Below are positions 28,296-41,193 of a stretch of DNA of 64,000 bases, piece by piece (positions within the stretch are counted from its first letter, which is position 1; the number at the start of each line of letters is the position of its first letter). The notes below the pieces were generated by a model. That model saw only the letters and a list, made by a program, of their open reading frames with translations. It ran no database searches and was not told where the DNA came from. The stretch comes from Eledone cirrhosa. Its lineage: Eukaryota. The DNA is taken from the NCBI GenBank assembly GCA_964016885.1, contig OZ024752.1, positions 13,330,001 to 13,394,000 of the forward strand, given 5' to 3'. Position numbers and translations under genes: made by a program.

Positions 28296-28810
28296 TATAC
28301 AAACACATCTACACATATACACATATAAACACATATAGTAAATATATAAATACACATACACATATATATATATATATATATATACATATATACATATATA
28401 CACATATATATATATATACATATACATACATACACACAAAAATATATATACATACATGCACAAAATATACATACATACATGCACAAAAACTTTGCAACTT
28501 TCAAATACCTTAAGCCAGTGTTAATGCCCGATGGCTAAAAATGACTTCCTCTTTTTTTTATCTTTTTAAACGGCACCCGACAAAATAGCCCCTCTACCTC
28601 ATTCCCACCCTACCCCTACCCCTTTTCAACCTGAAACACGGCACTATGGTTACGTAAGTACCTCTTACCTATCTGCATTTGCTGCTTGTAGAGGTGTTTT
28701 TATGTGCCTGTGTATATGCGTATATTTATGAGTACATATTTGTATGTATTTGTATGAGTGGCCGTTCGTTTATATGCGTATCGTTGTGTGTACGTGCGTT
28801 CATATGTACC

Positions 28811-28893
<83 letters not shown>

Positions 28894-28929
28894 CTGTGTG
28901 TATATATATATATGTGTGTATATATATAT

Positions 28930-29480
28930 GGTCGGGTCGTTGGCGACTAAACTGGCAACCCCACCAAGGTTTCTTGGTGAGGAGGGTGACTTTGGACATC
29001 CTGCAGGACTAAAAACAAAACCTGTCAAAGGGCAAAGGAGCTCTTAAGAGTCAATGGCCATCCAAAATCACCGGGAGAGATGGCCCCTTAGCCTTTGTCA
29101 AGGTAGAATTCTAGCAGAAGGAAACTCTGATATAACACCTGCAACTCTGATGGTATCCAATGATGTTGACTTGTTCTTCTTTTTGGTAAATATCATCTTG
29201 GTTAAGAGAGTGGGACTGGCTTTGTGCAGTGCCTTTGCTCACTATAAAAGCTTCACGGCACAGGCATTGCTTTATATCTGGAGATCTCTCTGCACTTGTC
29301 GTCACATGGTACCGTGGGCCCAGCACTGTGTGTCAATAATTGTCACAAGTGTAGTGTTTTATCCAGAGTTTTCAAGTCGCTGGCTGGACTAAAAAGTCAC
29401 ACTCATTCAACGTATCGGTAGGGGTTCTCCTACATGGATATAAAGTAGTGGCCGTACTCGAAAACGAGTTGGCAGCCACC
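28930..29480 (+). mobile_element. Solo RTE-type 5'UTR fragment
   Basis: ggaaactctgatataacacctgc..tgatgttgacttgttcttctttttggta..agagagtgggactggctttgtgcagtgcc aligns with 4979-5095. Confidence 0.7.
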
Positions 29481-29512
<32 letters not shown>

Positions 29513-29523
29513 ATATATATATA

Positions 29524-29594
<71 letters not shown>

Positions 29595-29777
29595 ATATAT
29601 ATGTGTGTGTATATATATATACATATATACATATATATATATATATGTGTGTGTGTATATATATATATATGTATATATATATGTATATATATGTATATAT
29701 GTATATATGTATGTGTATATGTGTATATATACACATACATATATGTATATATGTATGTGTATATATGTGTATATGTG

Positions 29778-29970
29778 AAGGCGTGTGGCTGAGTGGTTAG
29801 AGAATTGGATTCGCAATCGTAAGGTTGTGAGTTCGATTCCTGGACCAGGCGATGCGTTATGTCCTTGAGCAAGACACTTTATTTCACGTTGCTCCTACCT
29901 GGAGTTGCGACCGATAGATAGTATTAGCAATTGGAAAGATCAACGGAAACATTGTTCCCTCGGTCCGATT
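29778..29970 (+). mobile_element. SINE family 2
   Basis: ggcgtgtggctgagtggttagagaattggattcgcaatcgtaaggttgtgagttcgattcctgg. Confidence 0.88.
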
Positions 29971-30007
29971 CCTATATGTGTGTGTATATGTATATATGTA
30001 TATATAT

Positions 30008-30039
<32 letters not shown>

Positions 30040-30076
30040 GTGTATATATGTACGTGTATATGTGTGTGTAAGTGTA

Positions 30077-30117
<41 letters not shown>

Positions 30118-30148
30118 GTATATATATGTATATATATGTGTGTGTATT

Positions 30149-30179
<31 letters not shown>

Positions 30180-30210
30180 GTATATGTGTATATATATATA
30201 TATATGTATA

Positions 30211-30260
<50 letters not shown>

Positions 30261-30389
30261 CATATAAATATATACATGTATGTATATATATATATATATA
30301 TACATGTATGTATGTGTATATATATGTGTATATATATATATATATGTATTTATATATATATATGTGTGTATGTGTATATATATATATAT

Positions 30390-31185
30390 ATAATAGAAAA
30401 ATTTGAACAGGGACAAAACAGAGAGGCAGTACAACGAATGTTTATTAATTTCACGCTCTGGCGAGTGGGGTGTTGGTGGGGGACGACGTTGCGGGCATAA
30501 GCCCTTCCTCAGGTGAGAAGTGTGTGGGAACAGAGTTCAAAGGGTGTGTAGGGGAGTGGTGGAGAGACATATAGCGAAAGGAAACGGTGCGAATGAAAAA
30601 ATAAAAAATAAAGATAAAAATAAAAATAAAGCATGATTAAAATACAAGGAATGAGATAAATTTAAAGGGCATGATCAAAATAAACTGAAATTAAAAGGGG
30701 GGTAAACAGGTGGTGGAAGGGTGTGGGGTGTGTAGGGGTGGTGGCGGGTGGAGTGGGGAGAGTGAGACGGGGTGTCCGTGCGGGGTGGTGTGTGTAGGTT
30801 TGCGTGTGTGTGTGTATGTGAAAGTAAGGGTTGGGGGAAGAACGAGGTTGCATGTTTAGGAAGAGGTGTGTGTGTGCGGGGGGGGGGGTCGGAGTGTCTG
30901 TGCGTGTGTGGATAGAGGGGTGGGGGGAGAGGAATCAGGAGGCTGAGGGTGTAAATATGTGGTGGAAAGCACGTGTGTGTGGGGTTTAAGCGTGTTGTGG
31001 GTGTAGGTGGCGTGTGGAGAAAAAATGTTTTTGGGGGTGTGTGTGTGGGTGAAATATATAGGTGATTACGTAAGAGGATGGTTGAAAAGTTGGTAAATTC
31101 CGAAGATGTTTAGTGGATTGGTTGTTGGTCAATTTCTGCATGTGGGTATTCCATGAAGCGATGGTCGGAAGAGGAGAGATGTGGG
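30390..31185 (-). mobile_element. Non-autonomous repeat family D (second copy at 43660-44610)
   Basis: Colinear with 43660-44470; carries a mutated hammerhead at 30482-30515. Confidence 0.8.
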
Positions 31186-31462
31186 ATATATATATATATA
31201 TATGTGTGTGTGTGTCTATATGCATGTATGTATGTTTGTGTGTATATATATCTCTATATATATATATGTGTATATATGTATAAGTATGTGTATTTATATA
31301 TATATATGTATATATATATATGTGTGTATCTATGTTTATATGTATATGTATATATATGTGTATATGGATATATGTATGTGTATATGTATATGTATATATA
31401 TGTGTGTATATATATATATACGTATGTATGTGTGTATGTATGTATATGTATATATATTTATG

Positions 31463-31496
<34 letters not shown>

Positions 31497-31561
31497 TGTG
31501 TATGTGTATTTATTATGTGTTTATGTGTATATGTGTAGACGTGTTTGTATATGTGTATATT

Positions 31562-31623
<62 letters not shown>

Positions 31624-32060
31624 TGTGTATGTGAATGTGGCTGTTGACACCTGAAATATAGCTTAAGAGAAACATGACAATAATGATAGGCATCCAATAT
31701 TTGAACTGGTTTATAGAATTCTCTTGACCTTTGTCACTCTAAGGAGAGCTTTAAAGAATTAACTTTTAAAGAATTTCCCTTTTCTTTAAATCCATCAACC
31801 ATGACCAACCCCAACCATTTTACAGACACCTGAAATATAGGCAATGTTAGCTTAAGAGAAACTTAGTGGCACCCTAATTTTAACTTGTTTATAGAATTCT
31901 TTCTGCCTTTGTCACACTAAATATAAATTATAGCCTTAAAGAATTAGCTTTTAATGACTTCCCTTTTCTTTCAACCAATGACCTCCACCCATCCCACTCC
32001 CCACCCTCTCCTACCGCCTGAAAAGATATAAATACCACAACATTTATTTTGGAAAGCCAG

Positions 32061-32107
32061 ATTCCTGATGATTTCTAAAGAATGAAACAGTTCTAGTCCT
32101 GTAGAAT
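32061..32107 (+). ncRNA. Type I hammerhead ribozyme (family C)
   Basis: auuc-CUGAUGA-u-uuc uaaa gaa-u-GAAACAG-uucuaguc-CUGUA-gaau. Confidence 0.8.
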
Positions 32108-32198
32108 ATCATCTATATTAAAACTTGTATACTCTGCTATGTATTGAATATCTTACCTACTGTGGTTACTTCCGATTCAACCCGGAATAACGTATATA

Positions 32199-32254
<56 letters not shown>

Positions 32255-32567
32255 TTACATGTGAGAAATATATATATACTTATATAGTAATAATAATAAA
32301 TTTGAAGACTAAAATCCAAAGAGGGCTCGATAAGGATAAATATATATCAAATATATAAGAACCGTAGAGCAAATATTTATTAAAATAACAGATTAAAGTT
32401 TAAGCAAAGAATCGGTGCTTTCACCCTTAACGGGATTACAGAAGATCCCGTTAAGTGTGAAAGCAGCGATTCTTTTCTTAATCTTTAATCTGTTATTCTA
32501 ATAAATATATACTTATATATATATACTTATATGTGAGAAAAACCACACACCCTCCATCTCAACTCTA

Positions 32568-32605
32568 CTTTTGAAAAGCAGAAGGACTGCGAAACATGGG
32601 TAAAG
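32568..32605 (+). ncRNA. Hammerhead ribozyme, U3-A8 variant (family B)
   Basis: cuu-UUGAAAA-gcag aagga cugc-GAAAC-augg-GUA-aag. Confidence 0.65.
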
Positions 32606-32673
32606 GAACCAAATAAATATATATATATTTTTTAAATTAAGACTCCAGTAGCATTTTCGATTTCATCTTTTTT

Positions 32674-32723
<50 letters not shown>

Positions 32724-33339
32724 AATTAATATCTAGTAACATATATATACATACAGATGCATATCAATGCTAGCAAATATATAGGTTTTGTCTTAGTAAC
32801 TTTGTGGTTCAATGCATGGGGTTGCAGAACAATAATATGAGAGACGTAAAATAAGAAAATTATAAAACTAAACAATATGTTAAAACGCCATACAAACTGA
32901 AAAAGTGGTCAAGAAGCTATTAACCACCTAAGCCAAAACACAAATCAAGCTAAACAGGTCAAACAAAATAAATGATAAAAACAAACCTGGACCCAAATGG
33001 AATTGATGGTAAAATCCAAATGCAGGGTTTCTATGACACCTAAATCAATAATAATGTCTGCTTAAAACTATAAGCTTTCAGCATAAAGATCGAACAAGGA
33101 TATATATATATATATATATATATAAGTATATAAAGAATTAGTACATCTAGTAACATATATATACACAGATGCATACTTATGCTAGCAAATATATAGGTTT
33201 TGTCTTAGTAACTTTGTGGTTCAATGCATGGGGATGCAGAACAATAATCTGAGAGACGTAAAATAAGAAAATTATAAAATTAACTTACTTACTAAAATTT
33301 CACTCCAACTAATTAGTTTCTGAAAGGGAATAAACATAG

Positions 33340-33636
33340 TTTCCGAAGAAACGTACGGAGAAGCCTTTCGTCAGCTCAAAAGTGACACAGAGGAGACTGA
33401 GGTTAGCTGGACATGCTCACCGACATCCAGAGTTGACATCGCACTCAGTGCTCCTGTGGGAGCCCCTACATGGATACACTGGAAGGGGAAGACGAAGGTT
33501 AACGTATGTTGATGCCCGAAGTACACACACTGGTCTGTTGGAGACGCAGGACATGGCAGCGATAATGAGGGACAGAGACCGCTGGAGAGAACTCGTCCAT
33601 GGATCTCGGGAATTTTACCCGCCGTAGAGATAGATA
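33340..33636 (+). mobile_element. LINE 3' end (RTE-like)
   Basis: RRLRLAGHAHRHPE..VLLWEP..GRGRRRLTYVD..DRDRWRE, followed by a (TAGA) tail; same family as 52394-52545. Confidence 0.75.
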
Positions 33637-33664
33637 TATATATACTTATATAAGTATATATATA

Positions 33665-33745
<81 letters not shown>

Positions 33746-34522
33746 ATATATATATATGTGTGTGTGTGTATGGATATATTATGCGTATGTGTATGTGTCT
33801 GTATATCCGTGTTTTGACATCTAGGTTTTATGTTTTGTTCCTTTTTTCTTCTCCCCCCCCCCTTTTTTTACTTACTCATTTTTAAGCGTGTGCATGCAAA
33901 CAAGTCAATATGCGTGAGTGTAAGTATGTGTGTCTGTGTATGTGTGTGTAGGTATCGAATGTATGGATGTGTAAATGTGCGTGTGTATATAAGCATGTAT
34001 ATTTTTGCGTTTCTTTTGTGAGATATACGTGTCTGTGTATGTATGTACCCTTTTTTGTCTTCTTTTCTTTAATTTTTTTCTTTCTAAAAATTTTTTCTTT
34101 CTAAAAATGTTTTCTTTCTAAATTATTGTTCCATTTTTATAAATATATCGAGATTGATACTTCCCTTTAATTATTACACTCCCTTACCTCTTTTACTTCC
34201 GCATCTAAGTGTACGTGTGTGTGTAGGTGTGTTTATGCGCGCGCCTTCATATTCATATTCTTATGATGTATCTATTCTGTCTGTGGATTACAGACATACA
34301 GATACATTTGCCCTAAATTTTATATTTACGCACACTTTTTCACTATACGTATACATATGTGCATACACATGTATGCACATCTGTGAGCGTATATACATAC
34401 ATATACACACACCTAACTATATTTCTTGATAGATTTTTATATATTTCAATTTCTAATTCATTTGTCTATATCTTTTTTTGATTTTCTTGATGAGACTTTC
34501 CAAGTATTTACCCATGTTTTAT

Positions 34523-34600
34523 ATTGCCTCGTCTGACGAACAAATGAAGACGTTTCTTTCGTATTCGCCTCATTCGGGAAACCTCTGGTAATGAGGTAAT
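34523..34600 (+). ncRNA. Type I hammerhead ribozyme with a 10-bp stem I
   Basis: auugccucgu-CUGACGA-[38-nt stem II region]-GAAACC-ucu-GGUA-augagguaau. Confidence 0.75.
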
Positions 34601-34799
34601 TATATATATATATATAATTATATATATATGTATATAATATAATTATATATATATATATAATTATATATATATATAATTATATATATATAATTATATATAT
34701 ATATATAATTATATATATATGAGTGTGTTCTGTTATTAATTCTGGCAATATTACACAAATATGACCCTCCCCAAGTATAACAATATATATATATATATA

Positions 34800-34929
<130 letters not shown>

Positions 34930-35015
34930 TATATATATGAGTGTGTTCTGTTATTAATTCTGGCAATATTACACAAATATGACCCTCCCCAAGTATAACA
35001 ATATATATATATATA

Positions 35016-35069
<54 letters not shown>

Positions 35070-35126
35070 TATATATATGTATATATATATAATTATATAT
35101 ATATATATATAATTATATATATATAT

Positions 35127-35765
35127 TAAACGGAAAAAATGAAACGATATTTCATTTCCCACTCTTAGTACGGCTGTTACTTAAATATAGTATGTACACG
35201 TACATACATATATGTATACCGACGTACAGTAGTATGTATATATATATACATACATGCACACATATATATATGCACGTATGGATTCACCGAACATTTATTA
35301 TAATGCTCGGTGTGCTTGTAAACAAACATCCCGTATTAAGCCGTAGTGTCTAGCAACCACCGTTGCTCGTTTGTTCAACACTGACAAAGGAACGCTGTAC
35401 TAGTTTCAAGCTTGTTAGCTATCGTCAGCAACGTATACCTTCCTGCCAGATTGTTGAAGTATATACTTACCTTATGCATATTAACGGCTGAGTAGCCCAA
35501 TTTGCATATCGAGTGGGTTAATCGGCCGGGTGCACCGAAAACGATAAACGGAAAAAATGAAACGATATTTCATTTCCCACTCTTAGTACGGCTGTTACTT
35601 AAATATAAGTATGTACACGTACATACATATATGTATACCGACGTACAGTAGTATGTAAATATATATACATACATGCACACATATATATATGCACATGTGT
35701 GCATGTATGTATATATATATACATACTACTGTACGTCGGTATACATATATGTATGTACGTGTACA
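35127..35765 (-). mobile_element. ~420-bp terminally redundant non-coding element with a hammerhead (retrozyme-like) and terminal foldback
   Basis: 35127-35275 is repeated directly at 35545-35693; ~35610-35765 is a palindrome; both flanks are (TA)n. Confidence 0.75.
35392..35434 (-). ncRNA. Minimal type I hammerhead ribozyme
   Basis: rc: acguug-CUGACGA-u-agcu aaca agcu-u-GAAAC-ua-GUA-cagcgu. Confidence 0.85.
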
Positions 35766-35778
35766 TATATATATATAT

Positions 35779-35835
<57 letters not shown>

Positions 35836-35903
35836 TATATATATATGTATATATATATAATTATATATATATATATAATTATTTATATATATAATTATAT
35901 ATG

Positions 35904-35943
<40 letters not shown>

Positions 35944-36010
35944 TATATATATGTATATATATATATAATTATATATATATATATATAATTATATATATAA
36001 TTATATATGT

Positions 36011-36051
<41 letters not shown>

Positions 36052-36331
36052 ACATATGACGTATTATCTTCGTTTTTTCGTTCATTGCTAGAGAACGTCT
36101 CTATGCACTACCTAAGAGAACATTAGTCTACGACCTCTTTTATACCATAAACCTGGTTCTGTCTTTGCGCGTAATTGCTTTTCACCGCTCCTATTAATGA
36201 CGTATTATATTCGTTTTTTCCCGTTCCTAGCTAGCGAACGTTACCACGAACCAAAGTATCGTATTCCTGTCTTCCTCCGGTTGCAACGTTTTTTGAAATA
36301 TCCAGTTCTACGTTTACAGATAGACTTTGTT

Positions 36332-36382
36332 AGTTTCAGAAGATCCCGTTAAGGGTGAAAGCAGCGATTCTTTGCTTAAACT
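36332..36382 (+). ncRNA. Hammerhead-like motif, U4A variant (family E)
   Basis: aguuu-CAGAAGA-u-ccc guuaa ggg-u-GAAAGCAG-cgauucu-UUGCUU-aaacu; copies at ~32438, ~44830 (partial, -) and 62185. Confidence 0.6.
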
Positions 36383-36472
36383 TTAATCTGTTATTTTAAT
36401 AAATATATATATATATATATAAATATATATATATATAATTATATATACATATATAATTATATATATATATAT

Positions 36473-36509
<37 letters not shown>

Positions 36510-36947
36510 TATAATTATATTTATAAATAATTATATATATATATAAAATTATATATATATACATATATATATATAATTATATATATATATATAATTATAT
36601 ATATATATAATTATATATATATATAATTATATATATATACATATATATATAATTATATATATATATATAATTATATATATATATATATATATATAATTAT
36701 ATATATATATATATAATTATATATATATATATATATATAATTAGTATTAGTTATACTATTTATGGTTATGTAAACACAAAACCGTAAGCAGTTGTAAGTA
36801 TTTTACACACACCCTAAATAGTGGTAGGCAGTAATGTATTACTACCTTATTACCAGTAAGTTAAGTAGCTCAATGTAAAAACATCAGATGATTTACAGAG
36901 CAGTTATATGAAATATAAGAATCAAAGAACTGTTCAAAACATTATTG

Positions 36948-36994
36948 TGCTTACAGCTGTTTCCTCCAAACCGAGGTTTGGATTCTTCGGAGCA
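36948..36994 (-). ncRNA. PLE pseudo-LTR hammerhead (U4C variant)
   Basis: rc: ugcu-CCGAAGA-a-uccaaacc uc gguuugga-g-GAAAC-agcu-GUA-agca. Confidence 0.85.
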
Positions 36995-38437
36995 ATTTAT
37001 TAATGCATGGACAGTTATATGACCTCCTTTTCAGCCGAGAGACATACCAATACATATTCAAACATTGATACATATTCAAACATTGTGGGTCAACATTCAT
37101 TACAAAATTTAGAGTGGCAGCACACACTTCGAGATTACATTTATATTAATAGGTACAATCAAAAATCAAAGATATAGGTTAAAGTACAACATGAAGATAA
37201 GTGGTTATATAGTGCAAATGTTATATGTGTGGCACGCATGTGCGTCTTGTTTATATAGTGTGGCAGAGAGATATGTGTGGTAGAGGCACTTAGGTAGGTA
37301 AATAAGAGTGTTAGGTTGGTAGATCTGGTGGCAAAGTCTTTATATGATTGATATAGTCTGTGTGTGGAGAAATATTATAAGCATTAAAGATAGTGCAAGC
37401 ATTAAAAGTGTTATAAGTATTGGAGATGCACAGCGCAGGGATGTCAAGTAATTCATGTACTTCGGCATTTTCATGGTCAAGGGAGTGTATATTTCGATTA
37501 TATGCCTTTCACATAATCCACGACAATTCAGTTAGAGATCGTAGTCTGGTGTTCATTAGTTCGATACAGGAGGTTGTTACGTTTCGAGAGACGCCATTGA
37601 ATACCGGAAGTGTGTGTGTGGCTAAGGGGAGTTAATGCATGCGGGGAGGTAACTCTGGGGTTTCTATATCTAGCCAATAAAATGTGTCCCAATATAGACC
37701 CTAAATTCTATGGTGAGGTGCACCTTCCAAGAGAGACTTTTAAAGCATAAAGTGTACTAACTATAGAGTAGTTTAACTAAATTATGCTGAAGGTGATCAT
37801 ATTATTATTAAGGTGGATTAACCCATCTTAAGGTGCTACAAATGGAAATTATAGATGATGAGCGAGGATTCTAAATTAATGATCTCTGTGGTTGTAGTCT
37901 GCTCGTAAGACCAGGCGCGGTGATTGCAGGATTGCTTCAGGACCCAATGATCTCTGGTAAGATCTGGGTCATCGCTTGCTACATTGGATGTCGAAAGATA
38001 ATCGTCCCCAGGCAGGCCAAAGGTCAATCCGCAGTCCTCGCGACCCCTCTCTGACCGTCAGATCATCCATATACGTACAACCCGCACGGCAGTTGCATTG
38101 CATTCACTCACTGCGCTCAGCAGCCTGGTCCTACTGGTCAACAGCGCTACTCGATTAAATCATTTTACATCTGTCTAAGGAAGGTGTTTCCTCTGCCCAA
38201 CACCATCCAACCGATCAATACATGCTCAAATTACCCTTAGAGCGGTGTAGTGCCGTCCAGGTGGGTGGATGTTGTCACACCTGCCGTAGAGGTATAAATG
38301 GGTATTTTCCCTGCGAAGGGTTCCAGAGGGATGTCGTTGTTTGTGTTATAATGGATCAGCTAGTGTTGGGTATGTAGTATAGGGTGTGTCTCTGGTGTTT
38401 GATGCTAGATGTGGTGTTAGGTTCCAGTCCGACATTG

Positions 38438-40897
38438 CTATATATAGGGCTTAAAGTTTTGGAAGGAATGTCTGAGGCGGTGCTGGCAAGTTGCAAACAC
38501 CTCAGATTTTTTGTTAAGTAGGTTACGGTTGGAGAAGATAATATTGTGTGTCTCTAGTATACAGAGGTTACAGAATTTATTAGGTGGTTTGTACGAGGTC
38601 GCGCTGCCTATCACTTCCCATTTGAGTGTGTATGGTTTATTTTTAGATTTTAGATAGTGTATGTAGCTAGAAAGTGAGGTGGAGTTGGCTAGGCTGTGCT
38701 TTTTGAACGAGTGGATGTGCGAGTTATATCTAATTTTGAAGCAGTTAGAAGTGGAGCCTACATAGGTTTCTGAAGAGTTATTAGTCGTGACTGTGCATGA
38801 GTATATGACATCCTTGGTTAGGCATTTTTTATCTAAAGGGCAGGTTCTATTAGCTCTACAGTTACAATTATTCTGTGCGTTAGTCCGCTGGTTATAATGC
38901 AATGCGGAAGTCTGTGTGGTGGATATAGGATTTTGGGTGTTCAGGTTGACAACCCTGGTGTTATTACTTATACTAGTGTTATTTCTATTGTTACTGCCGT
39001 TGCTATTGTTGCTTGCTACAGTGGTATTTAGAGGGTTTGCATCCCGTTGTGATTTTGTTTGTTGGAAGTAAGAACTAATTTTACTATTATTGCTGCTAGC
39101 TATGTGGTATGCTAAGTTAGGCGTCGTAGAGTATGAGATTTTAATGGTGTTTTTGTTTAAGAGGTTGTGGTACTTGTGTCCTAGAGGGAAGTTTTTATCT
39201 AGTAGTGAGAAGAAAGCCCTAGGTATGTTGGTGGAGACATTTAGGTTGAAAGGAGGGTTGAAAAATGTATTATTTCTTCTTCTATTTTTGCTTTTAGTGT
39301 TTGGTGTGTTGCTTCCTCCTAAGGCCTCACAGTAGTTTCCATGGTAATGGTTACTTCCGGTGGCACCCTCGGCTTTGGTGTACTTGTGGTTGCTATTCCT
39401 ATTATTAGATTTCCTCATGGACATGTTGTGCGAGATGATGTTGTAGCTATTTGTTTTCTTAGGTAGGAACTCAATTTCTATATTATGGCCGGAGCTAGCT
39501 AATGCTTGATTGTAATATTGTGAGTTTTTGCTAAATATGTTTGCGTCATAGGACAGACTAGAGATTCTATTGGACACCCCCTTAGAGATAGAGTTTAATA
39601 TTGATCTAGGGTGATTAGACTTGGTATCTACGTAAATAAGTTTCTCATTAGGCTTATGGAAGGGTGTATATATTTTTGAGTCTAGGTATAGTGTGGCGTC
39701 TAGGAAGTTAACATTTTTAGTGTTTTTGTCCATGGTGATACTAAGGTTAAAGTTTTTGAATGTCTTATGCAGTTGTTTTCTAGTTCTTTCTATATTAAAT
39801 TTTTTATATTCTATGAGTAGAAGTGCATCATCGCGGTACAAACCACCGTTGAGGTAAGGGAGGTCTTTATGGATTTCATTGAGGAGGTATAGGCCGACCA
39901 AATCAGTGACCTGCGCCGAGTCACTAGATCCCATGGTTATGTCGAAGTTGTTGTGCGTATCCTTGCGTGTCCATAGTTGGTCCTCGAAGGTGATTATGGT
40001 TTTACGGGCCGCAAGGATGACATCAACCTGGGCTCTAGTCAGGTCGCTATTGGTCATGGCCATGATAAGTGCCTTATTTAATAGGATAGGGGAAATAGAG
40101 GTGTAGTATGAATTGATATCAAATTGAATAAATTTTTTGTTCTTATTATTCTTGATATCCTTAAACCATTCAATTACTTCACCCGTATTTCCCCATTGTT
40201 TAAGGTGTATCTTGTGTTTAATTTGTGGGATGATTTTATCCAAAATCTTCTTGCTGATAATACCAATGTCGGACTTGGAAGGGCAGATAAGTCTTATCGT
40301 GGGGTTGCTGATGAAGTTCTCCTTATGGTCCTTCAGAGAGAATCTAGGGGGGTTCGGAGTGAAAGGTTGTGTATGCCTCTGTAGTCCTAGTTTAGACACT
40401 ATATTATAACCCTCTACATTAATATCTTCTAAGTTTTTCAAGGTGGTTTTTTTGTAGCTTTTATGTAGTTCATTATATATAAACTTTCTATAAGTAATAT
40501 AATCTAGGCTGTATATGTTATTAGTTTTATCTGCGTGTACAATAATTTTATTACTAGTTTTGAATCCACTAATAGAAGTGTTAAGTTTGTTTAAGAAGGT
40601 GTTGCTTCTAATATGGTGCTTATTGTATTTAATGTTCTTAACTAGTTTAACTAGGTCATTTTCAAAGGAGTTAAGTAGAGTGTTATGAGGGGGGCTTTTA
40701 AAGGTTTTAAAGCCGAAGGAGTCAAAATTGTTAGTATTATTCAAGTTGTTAGATTTGTTTCTATCATAATGGAATGTCCTCCATCTCACTCTATTGATAA
40801 ATGAATTTACACTGTTGATCAGCAATTTCTCATATGTATTCCTGGATGGTATTGGTATGTTCTTGGTTGACATGGGGAGTTGGTCTTTGATTAGCAT
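38438..40897 (-). CDS. PLE polyprotein: reverse transcriptase + C-terminal GIY-YIG endonuclease (819 aa)
   Basis: PLE RT motifs HADKTNNIY, LKDHKENF..PTIRLI, FIQFDINSYY, FDITMGS, GLYRDDAL, VNFLDATL, SNHP. Endonuclease CNC..CPL..CL..VIY..TYVGST..FKIRY..H..CNLC..E..LLN..CQH. Confidence 0.96.
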   Translation of the reverse strand: MLIKDQLPMSTKNIPIPSRNTYEKLLINSVNSFINRVRWRTFHYDRNKSNNLNNTNNFDSFGFKTFKSPPHNTLLNSFENDLVKLVKNIKYNKHHIRSNTFLNKLNTSISGFKTSNKIIVHADKTNNIYSLDYITYRKFIYNELHKSYKKTTLKNLEDINVEGYNIVSKLGLQRHTQPFTPNPPRFSLKDHKENFISNPTIRLICPSKSDIGIISKKILDKIIPQIKHKIHLKQWGNTGEVIEWFKDIKNNKNKKFIQFDINSYYTSISPILLNKALIMAMTNSDLTRAQVDVILAARKTIITFEDQLWTRKDTHNNFDITMGSSDSAQVTDLVGLYLLNEIHKDLPYLNGGLYRDDALLLIEYKKFNIERTRKQLHKTFKNFNLSITMDKNTKNVNFLDATLYLDSKIYTPFHKPNEKLIYVDTKSNHPRSILNSISKGVSNRISSLSYDANIFSKNSQYYNQALASSGHNIEIEFLPKKTNSYNIISHNMSMRKSNNRNSNHKYTKAEGATGSNHYHGNYCEALGGSNTPNTKSKNRRRNNTFFNPPFNLNVSTNIPRAFFSLLDKNFPLGHKYHNLLNKNTIKISYSTTPNLAYHIASSNNSKISSYFQQTKSQRDANPLNTTVASNNSNGSNNRNNTSISNNTRVVNLNTQNPISTTQTSALHYNQRTNAQNNCNCRANRTCPLDKKCLTKDVIYSCTVTTNNSSETYVGSTSNCFKIRYNSHIHSFKKHSLANSTSLSSYIHYLKSKNKPYTLKWEVIGSATSYKPPNKFCNLCILETHNIIFSNRNLLNKKSEVFATCQHRLRHSFQNFKPYI

Positions 40898-41146
40898 ATT
40901 GGCAATATTATATGTCAGCTCAACGATATGGAGCAGTTAATAGTATTAGTTATACTATTTATGGTTATGTAAACACAAAACCGTAAGCAGTTGTAAGTAT
41001 TTTACACACACCCTAAATAGTGGTAGGCAGTAATGTATTACTACCTTATTACCAGTAAGTTAAGTAGCTCAATGTAAAAACATCAGATGATTTACAGAGC
41101 AGTTATATGAAATATAAGAATCAAAGAACTGTTCAAAACATTATTG

Positions 41147-41193
41147 TGCTTACAGCTGTTTCCTCCAAACCGAGGTTTGGATTCTTCGGAGCA
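41147..41193 (-). ncRNA. PLE pseudo-LTR hammerhead (U4C variant), upstream copy
   Basis: Same sequence as 36948-36994, 4199 bp away. Confidence 0.85.

Larger units (their letters stand above)
27736..32126. repeat. Long inverted repeat pair (~27736-28420 and ~31440-32126), each arm with a hammerhead
   Basis: aagttttaatatagatgagattc... versus ...gaatatcatctatattaaaactt; the arms are slightly diverged. Confidence 0.85.

Noticed and set aside
29778-29850. tRNA gene
   Set aside because: A and B boxes are present, but the acceptor stem is poor and it continues into a repeated SINE body.
38438-40897. Selenocysteine recoding as in Naiad-type PLEs
   Set aside because: No in-frame TGA interrupts the ORF, and the nuclease is C-terminal rather than N-terminal.
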